Source of the DNA: Promicromonosporaceae bacterium
GTDB taxonomy: Bacteria > Actinomycetota > Actinomycetes > Actinomycetales > Cellulomonadaceae
Assembly (NCBI GenBank): GCA_009780755.1
Contig: WQZL01000001.1
Coordinates: forward strand, 1 to 54,109
DNA: 54,109 nt
Direction of reading: 5' to 3'
The notes below the pieces were generated by a model. It searched no databases. It was given only the letters and a program-made list of their open reading frames with translations, and was not told where the DNA came from. Of this stretch, positions 37,629 to 46,636 are shown in pieces (the stretch's first letter is position 1; every line of letters starts with the position of its first letter). The position numbers and the translations under genes are program-made.

Positions 37629-38486
37629 ATGCTTGATCGACTTCATTGCGAGGCTACCGACGCCACTTACTCGCCGGACGGATCGCGTAACGGGCGACAG
37701 ATTGGTGAACTGGGGATGCGCCTGGCGCTCGACCTGGCGCGGCTACACAGCGAAGGCAACGTACTTGGGCCACTTACCCCAACCGGCATGCCGCCAACAG
37801 GCTGGAACACGGCAGATGACGTGCATTCCCTGGCTCAGTTGCTCGGCCGAATGCTGGCCGGACGACCGCGACAGGAGCAGACGGCGCTCATCGATGCGAT
37901 AACCGCCGCCGCAGACCCCGATCCAAGATGTCGCCCCCAAGCCGGTACCTTCGCCGCGATGCTCGATGAGGCGCTGGCCAGGGAAGTCCGGCCTCGCGTT
38001 AGGAAGCCACGCCGGATGAGGATGGCAGCCGGAGGCATTGGTATCGCGATTGCCTTAGCGGCGGGGATGCTGGTCGAATCCGCAACCTCGAACTCTGCCC
38101 CTACACTCGCCGAGGCTAGCTCCGATCCGGCCATCGCCGCCGCGGCGCTCATCCAGCAGCGACTGAGACTGCTTGGGGAAAAGGAGCCGGAACTCTCCTC
38201 CGTAAACGCCCCCGACTCACCAGCTCTCGCGGCAGACACGGCACTTGCCGCAGAGTTGGTGGCTACCGGAACCAGGCCCATCGATGCGCAGGCGCAGCTT
38301 GACTTTGTAGAAACCATCACAGCAGACGAAGCGTCTGCGCAGGTCAGCATCGAATATCGCATTCTGGAGCATCGAACGGTTGGGGCTGAGGGCACCGAGC
38401 AGGTCGTTTCCGAATCGGGCGTGCTTACCGCCACTCTCATCCTGGTCTGGACCGATGATGGCTGGCGGATCGAGGCCGTGGAGTAG
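37629..38486 (+). CDS. Degenerate Ser/Thr-kinase-like membrane protein (start uncertain, frame open from 37470)
   Basis: C-lobe-like remnants (LARLHSEG, ADDVHSLAQL, DPDPRCRPQA), one TM helix and an extracellular domain ending LILVWTDDGWRIEAV. Confidence 0.55.
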   Translation: MLDRLHCEATDATYSPDGSRNGRQIGELGMRLALDLARLHSEGNVLGPLTPTGMPPTGWNTADDVHSLAQLLGRMLAGRPRQEQTALIDAITAAADPDPRCRPQAGTFAAMLDEALAREVRPRVRKPRRMRMAAGGIGIAIALAAGMLVESATSNSAPTLAEASSDPAIAAAALIQQRLRLLGEKEPELSSVNAPDSPALAADTALAAELVATGTRPIDAQAQLDFVETITADEASAQVSIEYRILEHRTVGAEGTEQVVSESGVLTATLILVWTDDGWRIEAVE

Positions 38487-38496
38487 CCTTGCGCCA

Positions 38497-39453
38497 ATGA
38501 AACTTCAGCTGACGCCGTTTCCGGCCTCCGCCTACGCCGCCTGGCGTGAGGAGCAGGTCGAGCGACGGCGTGAGTGGCAGTTCGGACCGCTATGCGGTGA
38601 GGTGCGTGGCGGCATCCTTGCCCGCCTGGCCGTTGACGAACTCGCCCCCGCCGAGGGGCTTTCCGGCACCTATCTGGAACGGGTATTGGGCGGGGAGGAT
38701 GTGGTGGGCTGGCTCTGGCTGTCTCGCGCCAATGGTGACCTGATTGTGCTTGACGCCGACGTGGCCGCCCCCGCCGCCGACCTGCTCGCCTTGCTGGAGT
38801 GCCACGCCCGCGCAGGCAAATCCACCACCCTCGTACTCGACCTGATGGTCCAGGCCCCGACCATGTCGGCGCTTAGTGCCCTGGGCGGGTATGAGACAAC
38901 TAGCCAGACCCTGCTCTCTAGGCTTGATGACGGCATCACCGGTCATGAGGAGGAAGGCCCACCGGTGCTGCTTCGGCCAATGACCAGCGATTCGTATCAC
39001 GCCTACCGTCGTATCGCCATCGAGGGCATGGTTGGTGAGATGTGTCGCTCCGAGGGTCTAAGTGAGGGTCAAGCCCTGCCGCGGGCGCAGGCTGAGTTAG
39101 CCGCCCGTCTACCTGATGGTCTACACACCGAACGGCAAACCCTGTTTGACGTGATCGAGGCCGCAAACGGGGCGCGGGTGGGCGCTCTCTGGCTTGAGCA
39201 TCGCCCGCCGTTGGCCGCCTTCATTTGCGACTTGCACCTGATCCCCGTCGCGCGAGGCCGCGGCCTGGGCCGTAGTGCCATGCGGGCGGTAGCCGCCTGG
39301 TGCCACTCGCGCGGCGTTGGTCGACTGGGCCTGAGCATTCTGGGTAGCAATGAGGCGGCCTGCGGGCTTGCCATATCCCTGGGCTATGACGTGGTAGTTA
39401 AGTCGTTGCGGCGCCCGGTTGCCCCGGTGGTTGCGGTGGCTGGCCCCCGCTAG
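38497..39453 (+). CDS. Tandem GNAT acetyltransferase
   Basis: C-terminal domain VGALWL...ARGRGLGRSAM...LGLSILGSNEAA...LGY; N-terminal half is a degenerate second GNAT. Confidence 0.8.
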   Translation: MKLQLTPFPASAYAAWREEQVERRREWQFGPLCGEVRGGILARLAVDELAPAEGLSGTYLERVLGGEDVVGWLWLSRANGDLIVLDADVAAPAADLLALLECHARAGKSTTLVLDLMVQAPTMSALSALGGYETTSQTLLSRLDDGITGHEEEGPPVLLRPMTSDSYHAYRRIAIEGMVGEMCRSEGLSEGQALPRAQAELAARLPDGLHTERQTLFDVIEAANGARVGALWLEHRPPLAAFICDLHLIPVARGRGLGRSAMRAVAAWCHSRGVGRLGLSILGSNEAACGLAISLGYDVVVKSLRRPVAPVVAVAGPR

Positions 39454-39624
39454 CGGCGCCCGGCGCGTTTTGCTCGCTGTTTCGGAACTCTGCCCTACGC
39501 GAAGCGTAAGTTCGCGCCACAAAGAGACTCGATTATGGGCAATTCGCATCGAAGTGACCCGTGAACACGTACAGTCTTTCGTTGCAGACCTGCCGCGGTA
39601 AGGAGTTCGCAAGGAGGTGAGGGC

Positions 39625-40089
39625 GTGTCGGCACATGAGATACATCGGCATCCTCACGTTCAACGGGTGCCGCAGGATGCGTCTGCGTTTCCGATTGATC
39701 CGGCGGATGATCCTTTGGCCTGGCAGCCTGAGACGTGGGACGCCGAGGGGGCGGCAGGCGCGCTCATCAGCCCGAGCCGATTGACGCCTGGAAAAAGCGA
39801 GTTTTTGGCGGATGACTCGCTGGTAATCACTGAGTCGGATGCCATAGCTCCCGAATGGACCGTCTCCGCCTTTGAGGAGGGGGCAGACCAGGTGGCATCC
39901 TGGGAGGGTTTACTGCCTCCGCTGGCGAGCGAGGAAACGGAGCTAGCGGCGGCGCCGGTCTTACCCGGCGGCGACTGCCTTGACGAGCTGCTGCTGCGTG
40001 AACCCGTCTTCACGGACGCTCAACCCGCTGCCTCCCTTTTGCCCTGGTGGGAGGAGCGGGTCCAACCCTGGGAAGCCCTCGAACTTTAG
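39625..40089 (+). CDS. Hypothetical acidic protein
   Basis: Strong RBS AAGGAGG before GTG; Asp/Glu/Pro/Trp-rich; fills the gap between genes. Confidence 0.55.
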   Translation: MSAHEIHRHPHVQRVPQDASAFPIDPADDPLAWQPETWDAEGAAGALISPSRLTPGKSEFLADDSLVITESDAIAPEWTVSAFEEGADQVASWEGLLPPLASEETELAAAPVLPGGDCLDELLLREPVFTDAQPAASLLPWWEERVQPWEALEL

Positions 40090-41237
40090 AGCGAGTCGAG
40101 GAAACCGCCTACCAGCGGGCCAAGTTGATCCGCCTCGATCAGAAATCCGTCGTGCCCGTAGGGGCTGTAGATGTATTTAAGTGGCTCCGCGTTCGGGATG
40201 CCTGCCGCGATTCGCGTGGACTGGGAGGGCAGGTACAGCCGGTCGGTGTCAACCGTTACCACCAGGGCGCGGGCTGTGATCTGCGCAAGGGCCGCCTTCA
40301 CGCCGCCCCGCCCCCGGCCTAGATCGTGGGTGAGTACCGCCTCGTTTAACACCAGGTATGAATTCGCATCGAAGCGTCGAACCAGCTTGTCGCCGTGATA
40401 GTCCAGGTACGACTGCACCGCATACCGTCCGCCAGCCAGCGGATCTTCGCCGTCTTGGGAGTTGTGCCCAAAGCGTTCGGCGAATTCCCGCTCGCTGCGG
40501 TACGTGGTATGCGCGATCTGCCGAGCCAGGCCCAGACCCCGATGCGGTCCCTGCCCGTCTGGCAGATGGTAGTAGTCGCCGCCATGCCAGCCCGCGTCGA
40601 TCCGAATTGCCCCCAGCTGCGCGTGAATCCAGGCTATCTGGTCGGCGCTGGTCACCGCCGTGGTCGCTAGCGGCGCCAACCCCACAACCTCGATGCCTTG
40701 TTCGGGGCCGATGATCGCCCATTCGAGGGCGCGGATGCCGCCCATCGACGGGCCGATCACCAGCCGCCAAGAATCGATACCTAGCTGCTTGGTGAGGGCC
40801 ACCTCGGCTGCCACCTGATCGCGAGTGGTGAGGCGTGGGAATCGCCTACCCCACGGCCGTCCATCCGGGGCCGACGACGACGGTCCGGTGGTTCCCTGGC
40901 AACCACCAAGCGCGTTGGGTACCACCACGAAGTAGCGGTCGGTGTCGATGGGCATTCCAGGACCCACCATGTCTTCCCACCATCCCTGCGTTCGATGCCC
41001 TTCCCCGGCCGAGCCGTGTACGTGGGAGTCGCCGGTCATGGCGTGTTGTACCAGTACCGCATTGGCGCCATTAAAGACGCCGTAGGTCTCATAGGCGATA
41101 ACAACATCGGGCAGCACGACGCCGCTTTCTAAGGTGAGATCGCCGATGTCGGCAAACTTGCGACAGCCGGGATGATCGCCGGGAAACCAGGCACCCGAAA
41201 CCGGAATCGGGGAAGAGTTGTTCACGGGATTAGCCAC
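40086..41237 (-). CDS. metX: Homoserine O-acetyltransferase
   Basis: HAMTGDSH, GGCQGTTGP, GPSMGG nucleophile elbow, RFDANSY and YGHDGFL motifs. Confidence 0.95.
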   Translation of the reverse strand: MANPVNNSSPIPVSGAWFPGDHPGCRKFADIGDLTLESGVVLPDVVIAYETYGVFNGANAVLVQHAMTGDSHVHGSAGEGHRTQGWWEDMVGPGMPIDTDRYFVVVPNALGGCQGTTGPSSSAPDGRPWGRRFPRLTTRDQVAAEVALTKQLGIDSWRLVIGPSMGGIRALEWAIIGPEQGIEVVGLAPLATTAVTSADQIAWIHAQLGAIRIDAGWHGGDYYHLPDGQGPHRGLGLARQIAHTTYRSEREFAERFGHNSQDGEDPLAGGRYAVQSYLDYHGDKLVRRFDANSYLVLNEAVLTHDLGRGRGGVKAALAQITARALVVTVDTDRLYLPSQSTRIAAGIPNAEPLKYIYSPYGHDGFLIEADQLGPLVGGFLDSL

Positions 41238-42564
41238 AGGCGGCTGTCAGGCCGAGTTCCAGGTCGGCCAGGATGTCATCGATGTGTTCTAGGCCCACCG
41301 AGAGGCGCACCAGGCCCGGCGAAACCCCGGCCGCGCGCTGCTCGGCGGTGGAGAGCTGGGAGTGCGTGGTGGACGCCGGATGAATCACCAGCGAACGCAC
41401 GTCACCGATGTTTGCCACGTTTGAGTGCAGCTTGAGCGCCGAGACGAAGTTCTGTCCGGCCGCGCGAGCCACCTCGTCGTCGGCGGCCGCAAACTCAAAC
41501 CCGATCACCGAACCGGCGCCCTTCGGCAAGTATTTACGCGCGTTGGCATGCCACGGAGAGGAGGGCAGGTCGGCGCAGTGCACCACCGCCACCTCGGGTC
41601 GCTCGTCGAGCCACCTGGCCACCTTCAGCGTGTTCTCGATATGCCGCTCCATCCGCAGGGAGAGCGTTTCGATGCCCTGAGCCAACAGGAACGCATTCAG
41701 CGGCGAAACCGCCGGCCCCAGGTCGCGCAGCAGCTGCACGCGGGCCTTTAGGCCATAAGCCACATTCGCGCCGAATAGCCCACCCACGCCCAGATCGCGG
41801 GCGAAGACCAGGCCGTTGTAGGAGGGGTCGGGCTGGTTGAAGCCGGGGAACTTTTCGGGGTGCAGCGCATAGTCGAAGGTGCCGCCGTCCACGATGGCCC
41901 CGCCGATGGACGAGCCGTGTCCGCCTAAGAACTTCGTGGTGGAGTGCACCACCACATCGGCGCCGAACTCGATTGGCCTGAGCAGGTAGGGGGAGGGCAC
42001 CGTGTTATCTACGATCAGCGGCACCCCGGCGTCGTGCGCGATGTCCGCGACGGTTTCGATGTCCAGCACATCGCACTTCGGGTTTGGCACGCTCTCGGCA
42101 AAGAGCGCCTTCGTGTTCGGCTTGATGGCATCGCGCCACTGCTGCGGATCGTGCGGGCTGGTAACGAATGTGGTCTCGATGCCCAGCTTGGGGAACGTAT
42201 TGTGCAGCAGGTTGTATGTGCCGCCGTACAGCGATGACGACGAAACTACGTGGTCACCCGCCTCGGCGACGTTCAGCAGCGCCAGATGGATCGCGGCCGC
42301 ACCGGAGGCAACGAGCAGCGCGCCGACGCCGCCCTCCAGGTCGGCGATTCGGTTCTCCACCACCTCGGTGGTGGGGTTGCCGATCCGGGTGTAGATGGGG
42401 CCGAGGTCTTTTAGGGCGAACCTGTCGGCGGCCACCTCCGCAGAGGGGAAGACGAACGAGGTGCTTTGATATATGGGCAGGGCGCGGGCGCCGGTTTGGG
42501 AATCGGGGGTCTGGCCGGCGTGAATCTGGCGGGTTTCAAAAGCCCAGTTGGCTTGGGTGGTCAT
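41230..42564 (-). CDS. metY: O-acetylhomoserine/O-acetylserine sulfhydrylase
   Basis: FETRQIHAG, PIYQSTSF, IYTRIGNPT, HSTTKFLGGHG, NIGDVRSLVIHPASTTH and VRLSVGLE motifs. Confidence 0.96.
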   Translation of the reverse strand: MTTQANWAFETRQIHAGQTPDSQTGARALPIYQSTSFVFPSAEVAADRFALKDLGPIYTRIGNPTTEVVENRIADLEGGVGALLVASGAAAIHLALLNVAEAGDHVVSSSSLYGGTYNLLHNTFPKLGIETTFVTSPHDPQQWRDAIKPNTKALFAESVPNPKCDVLDIETVADIAHDAGVPLIVDNTVPSPYLLRPIEFGADVVVHSTTKFLGGHGSSIGGAIVDGGTFDYALHPEKFPGFNQPDPSYNGLVFARDLGVGGLFGANVAYGLKARVQLLRDLGPAVSPLNAFLLAQGIETLSLRMERHIENTLKVARWLDERPEVAVVHCADLPSSPWHANARKYLPKGAGSVIGFEFAAADDEVARAAGQNFVSALKLHSNVANIGDVRSLVIHPASTTHSQLSTAEQRAAGVSPGLVRLSVGLEHIDDILADLELGLTAACG

Positions 42565-42704
42565 GGGTTTCTCCTTGGCGATGAAGTGGTTAGCTTGGTT
42601 AGCCGCGAGACACCCAGGCGAGAAGCCTGCAAGTCGTCAGGGGTGCTTCGCAGCGGACGTGGCGCACGCGAAGCCGGAGAAACCGGGCAGGCGAACGTGC
42701 GCTT

Positions 42705-42728
42705 TCAGGAGCACATTCGGCAGAACAT
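42705..42728 (-). CDS. Leaderless Met/Cys-rich leader peptide MFCRMCS (putative attenuator uORF)
   Basis: ATG TTC TGC CGA ATG TGC TCC TGA, 7 nt downstream of a TAACCT -10 box (42736-42741) and 140 nt upstream of metY. Confidence 0.7.
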   Translation of the reverse strand: MFCRMCS

Positions 42729-42796
42729 GTGGAGAAGGTTAGCGTATTTTCGGGACGAATGAGTTTCGAGCCGTGCCGGGCGCTAACGTGACTAGC

Positions 42797-44272
42797 GTGT
42801 CAGCGAGCCATCTACCTCTGTCAGCGCCTCGGCGCCGCCCTAGGGCGCGACTGATTGGTGCATGCGTGCTGAGTGGCCTGCTTCTCGGTGGGGTTGCGGC
42901 CCCGGTGGCCGCCTTCCCGGACGAGGATCCTGCACTGGCCGCCGCTCAGGCGGCCGAGCGCGCCACCGCTGGACAGGTGGCCCAAGCCGAGCAGGAGATC
43001 GACGCGTTGCGGGTCGAGGTGGCCGCAGCCGAGGAGGTGGTGGCCACCGCCGCCGAGAACTACACGGAAGCCTCCGTGCTGGTTGACGCCGCCGCCGTCG
43101 CCCTAGCTACGGCCGAGACTGAGGCTGCGGAGGCCGCCGAGCGCGAGAGCGAATCGCGCAGTCGCCTCGTCGAATCTTTCCGGAGGCAGACCCGCAACGG
43201 CGCCCCAAATGCGATGTCGATGATTACCGGCGCCACCGACTTATCCGACGTGATTTCCCAGGGAGCCGCCCAACGGGCGGCCAGCCGTCAGCTGGTCGCG
43301 GTGCTTACCGAAGCCATGACGGCGCGAGCTGCCGCCACTGCCGCGGGGGTCAGGTGGGAGGCGGCCAGCGAGGTATATCAAGAGGCGTCAGAAGCCGCGC
43401 TGGCCGCTCTGGAGATCGCCTATGAGGCGCAGGTTGCGCTGGAGGCGCGGCAAGCGGCTGCGGAGGCGCGACGGGATGCGCTGATCGTTGAGCTGGCCGG
43501 ACTGCGGCAGACCACGGTCGCAATCGAGCGGCAACGGCAGGACGAGCGCGAGCGCATCGCCGCCGAGGAGGAGGCCCAGCGGATTCGCGACGAGCTGGCG
43601 AATCAGGCGCAGCCGACCCCCACGCCCACCCCCACCGCAACACCCACCCCGTCGCCGTCACCGACCGCAACCCCATCACCTTCGCCAACCAGCACACCGA
43701 CGGCTTCACCAACCAGCACACCGACGGCTTCACCAACCAGCACGCCGACGGCTTCACCGCCTAGCACGCCTACGGCCACGCCGTCTCCGACGGCCTCGCC
43801 ATCGCCTTCGCCAGCCCCATCGCCAGAGGTGACACCCACCCCGTCACCTCCCCCTTCGCCGCAGCCAACCCCGGCCCCCGGCGGCACTAGCCGAGGCACG
43901 GCAGCGCAGGGACAGGCGGCCGTGGAGTGGGCGCGGGCTAGGCTCGGCGAGCCGTATCAGTGGGGTGGCACCGGCAATCCTGGTTGGGATTGTTCCGGGC
44001 TTACCCAGGCGGCCTGGCTCGCTCAAGGCGTCAACATCACACGCACCTCGCGTTCGCAGTGGCACGCCGTGGGCAGGGTGGAACTGACCGAGCTGCGGCC
44101 CGGTGACCTGCTGTTCTGGGCTAGCAACCCGGCCAACCCAGCCACCATCAACCATGTGGCGATTTACGCGGGCGGCGGTATGCAGATTCATGCCCCGCGA
44201 CCGGGCGTGCCGGTCGAAGAGGTACCGGTTCGTTGGACCGCCAACATGATGTCTTTTGCTGGTCGCCCATAA
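42797..44272 (+). CDS. Secreted coiled-coil NlpC/P60 peptidoglycan endopeptidase (RipA/CwlO-like)
   Basis: Signal peptide, Ala/Glu coiled coil, Pro/Thr/Ser linker, then [29 protein letters not shown] and IHAP motifs. Confidence 0.93.
   Translation: MSASHLPLSAPRRRPRARLIGACVLSGLLLGGVAAPVAAFPDEDPALAAAQAAERATAGQVAQAEQEIDALRVEVAAAEEVVATAAENYTEASVLVDAAAVALATAETEAAEAAERESESRSRLVESFRRQTRNGAPNAMSMITGATDLSDVISQGAAQRAASRQLVAVLTEAMTARAAATAAGVRWEAASEVYQEASEAALAALEIAYEAQVALEARQAAAEARRDALIVELAGLRQTTVAIERQRQDERERIAAEEEAQRIRDELANQAQPTPTPTPTATPTPSPSPTATPSPSPTSTPTASPTSTPTASPTSTPTASPPSTPTATPSPTASPSPSPAPSPEVTPTPSPPPSPQPTPAPGGTSRGTAAQGQAAVEWARARLGEPYQWGGTGNPGWDCSGLTQAAWLAQGVNITRTSRSQWHAVGRVELTELRPGDLLFWASNPANPATINHVAIYAGGGMQIHAPRPGVPVEEVPVRWTANMMSFAGRP
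43612..43880 (+). repeat. Pro/Thr/Ser linker with a 24-bp tandem unit
   Basis: CCAACCAGCACACCGACGGCTTCA-type unit (PTSTPTAS) repeated about three times within the linker. Confidence 0.75.
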
Positions 44273-44385
44273 CTGCCCGGTGGCCACCCGTCAAGCGTCG
44301 TTTGGCGACGCTCTACCATCCGATATTGGCCAGATGTTGTTGGGCTGGATTGACCTGAGCCAGGGTGGGCGGGTTAGTTGTTTCT

Positions 44386-46560
44386 ATGGTTATCCCCAGG
44401 AGTTATGTCCGACGTTCACGAGTCCGTTTCCGGGTGATTGTTGCTGCCGCCGTGGCTGCTGCCTTAGCTTTCCCGCTTGCCCCAGCGGTCGCGGCTCCCG
44501 TGGATCCTGCCGCTGAGCAAGTCATCGCCGCGATTTCCGCAGGCACTTCTCATTCGATGACATTGCGTTCCAATGGTTTTGTGTATGCCTGGGGTGATAA
44601 CAGGAGTGGTCGGCTGGGTGATGGCACCACTATTGCTAGGCATACTCCGGTGCGGGTATTGACCGACGTGACCGCGATTTCCGCCGGCGGCTCACATTCG
44701 ATGGCGCTGCGTTCTGATGGCTCCCTGTACACCTGGGGGAGTAACGCTAGTGGGCAGTTGGGTGATGGCACCACGATTGAGCAGCATGAACCGATGCGGG
44801 TGTTGACCGGGGTGACGGCGATTTCCGCCGGGGGCTCATATTCGATGGCGCTGCGTTCTGATGGCTCCCTGTACACCTGGGGAAGCAACGGGTGGGGGCA
44901 GTTGGGGGATGGCACCACCAATGAACGGCGTACTCCGGTGCGGGTGTTGACCGGGGTGACGGCGATTTCCGCCGGCGACATGCATTCGATGGCGCTACGT
45001 TCTGATGGCTCCCTATACACCTGGGGGAATAACGCTAGTGGGCGGTTGGGTGATGGCACCACCAATGATCGGTATACCCCAGTGCGGGTGTTAACCGAGG
45101 TAACGACGATTTCCGCAGGTTGGATACATTCGATGGCGTTGCGTTCTGATGGCTCCCTGTACACCTGGGGAGGAAACCTGGCTGGGCAACTGGGGGATGG
45201 CACCACCAATGCCAGGCATATTCCGGTGCAGGTGTTGACCGGGGTGACCGCGATTTCTAACAATAACGCGCATTCGATGGCATTGCGTTCTGATGGTTCC
45301 CTGTACACCTGGGGGGACAACTTTGGCGGACGGTTGGGGGATGGCACCACCAATGACCGGCATACTCCGGTGCAGGTGTTGACCGGGGTGACGGGGATTT
45401 CTGCTGGCGGCATGCATTCGATTGCCTTGCGTTCTGATGGCTTTGTGTATGCCTGGGGTGGTAACGGCTTCGGGGAATTGGGGGATGGCACCACCGATGA
45501 CCGGCATACTCCGGTGCGAGTGCGCGGTGTTGGCGGTGTTGGTCATCTGAACCTGGCTAATTCGGTCGTGGTTACCTTGGCGGATGGTGGTTCTGGTTCG
45601 GCTTCGCCTACTGCGGCGGTTGCTGGTGCTCCGGTGGCCTTGACGGCAACGCCTGATGCTGGTCAGCGGTTTGTGCGGTGGGAGGTAACACCGAATGTGG
45701 TGTGGGCTGATGGTTCTTCGGCCACGACTAACCCGGCAACGTTTGCAATGCCAGCTAGCGCGGTGACGGTAACTCCAGTGTTTGCGACACTCCCGACATC
45801 AACCCCAACCCCAACCCCAACCCCAACCCCAACTCCGACGCCGACCCCTACGCCAACTCCAACCCCAACCCCGACTCCGACCTCAACCCCAACTCCAACT
45901 CCAACCCCTACGCCAACTCCAACTCCAACCCCACCGCCCCCGGCATTTGGGTGGGTATGCCCGGCCACGGCGAGGTTTACCGATGTTGGGGTTGGTTCTC
46001 AGTTTCATTGCTACATCGAGTGGTTGGCGGCCACCGGGATCACTACGGGTTGGGCTGATGGCACGTTTCGCCCCGGAGCCAACGTAGAACGTCAGGCTAT
46101 GGCCGCGTTCCTCTACCGGGGCCTAGCAAGCTCGGCCGGGTTTACCACTCCTAGCGCCGCGACGTTCAACGACAAGAACCTGACGGATACGTTCTTCCGT
46201 AATGTGGAGTGGCTAGCTAGCTCGGGTATTACTCGTGGTTGGGATATGGGTACCCACTGGGAGTTCCGTCCCGGAGCCAATGTTGAGCGTCAGGCTATGG
46301 CCGCGTTCCTCTACCGTGCGGCTGGTTCCCCGGCGTTTACTGCCCCTGCTACGGCTACGTTTAGTGATGTTCCGGTGGGTGCAGCGTTCTTCCGGGAGAT
46401 TGAGTGGCTGTACTCCACCGGCATCACCACCGGCTGGGATCTAGGTACTCACCGCGAGTTCCGTCCCGGAGCCAATGTTGAGCGTCAGGCGATGGCCGCG
46501 TTCTTGTCCCGCGCCTTCAACAACGGCCACCTGAGCGACGCTCACCTCAACCGCCCGTAA
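44386..46560 (+). CDS. Secreted RCC1/BLIP-II-like 7-repeat propeller + small beta domain + PT linker + 3 SLH domains (paralog 1)
   Basis: Seven 48-aa (144-bp) repeats VTAISAGxxHSMALRSDGSLYTWGxNxxGxLGDGT and three SLH-like repeats (GITTGW...FRPGANVERQAMAAFLYR). Confidence 0.9.
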   Translation: MVIPRSYVRRSRVRFRVIVAAAVAAALAFPLAPAVAAPVDPAAEQVIAAISAGTSHSMTLRSNGFVYAWGDNRSGRLGDGTTIARHTPVRVLTDVTAISAGGSHSMALRSDGSLYTWGSNASGQLGDGTTIEQHEPMRVLTGVTAISAGGSYSMALRSDGSLYTWGSNGWGQLGDGTTNERRTPVRVLTGVTAISAGDMHSMALRSDGSLYTWGNNASGRLGDGTTNDRYTPVRVLTEVTTISAGWIHSMALRSDGSLYTWGGNLAGQLGDGTTNARHIPVQVLTGVTAISNNNAHSMALRSDGSLYTWGDNFGGRLGDGTTNDRHTPVQVLTGVTGISAGGMHSIALRSDGFVYAWGGNGFGELGDGTTDDRHTPVRVRGVGGVGHLNLANSVVVTLADGGSGSASPTAAVAGAPVALTATPDAGQRFVRWEVTPNVVWADGSSATTNPATFAMPASAVTVTPVFATLPTSTPTPTPTPTPTPTPTPTPTPTPTPTPTSTPTPTPTPTPTPTPTPPPPAFGWVCPATARFTDVGVGSQFHCYIEWLAATGITTGWADGTFRPGANVERQAMAAFLYRGLASSAGFTTPSAATFNDKNLTDTFFRNVEWLASSGITRGWDMGTHWEFRPGANVERQAMAAFLYRAAGSPAFTAPATATFSDVPVGAAFFREIEWLYSTGITTGWDLGTHREFRPGANVERQAMAAFLSRAFNNGHLSDAHLNRP
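45790..45940 (+). repeat. (Thr-Pro)n 6-bp tandem repeat linker
   Basis: ACCCCA/ACTCCA/ACGCCA run of >20 units; the paralog has a much shorter run. Confidence 0.85.
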
Positions 46561-46636
46561 CTAACCCTTGTTTGATGTTGTTCGTTTTGTGGCTAGGGGG
46601 TTGACCTAGGCTGTGGTGGGAGGGTTAGTTGTCTGC

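Noticed and set aside
42565..42770. SAM-I/SAM-IV riboswitch or T-box upstream of metY
   Set aside because: I could not find the conserved cores by eye, and the uORF explains the leader better. An Rfam scan is still advisable.
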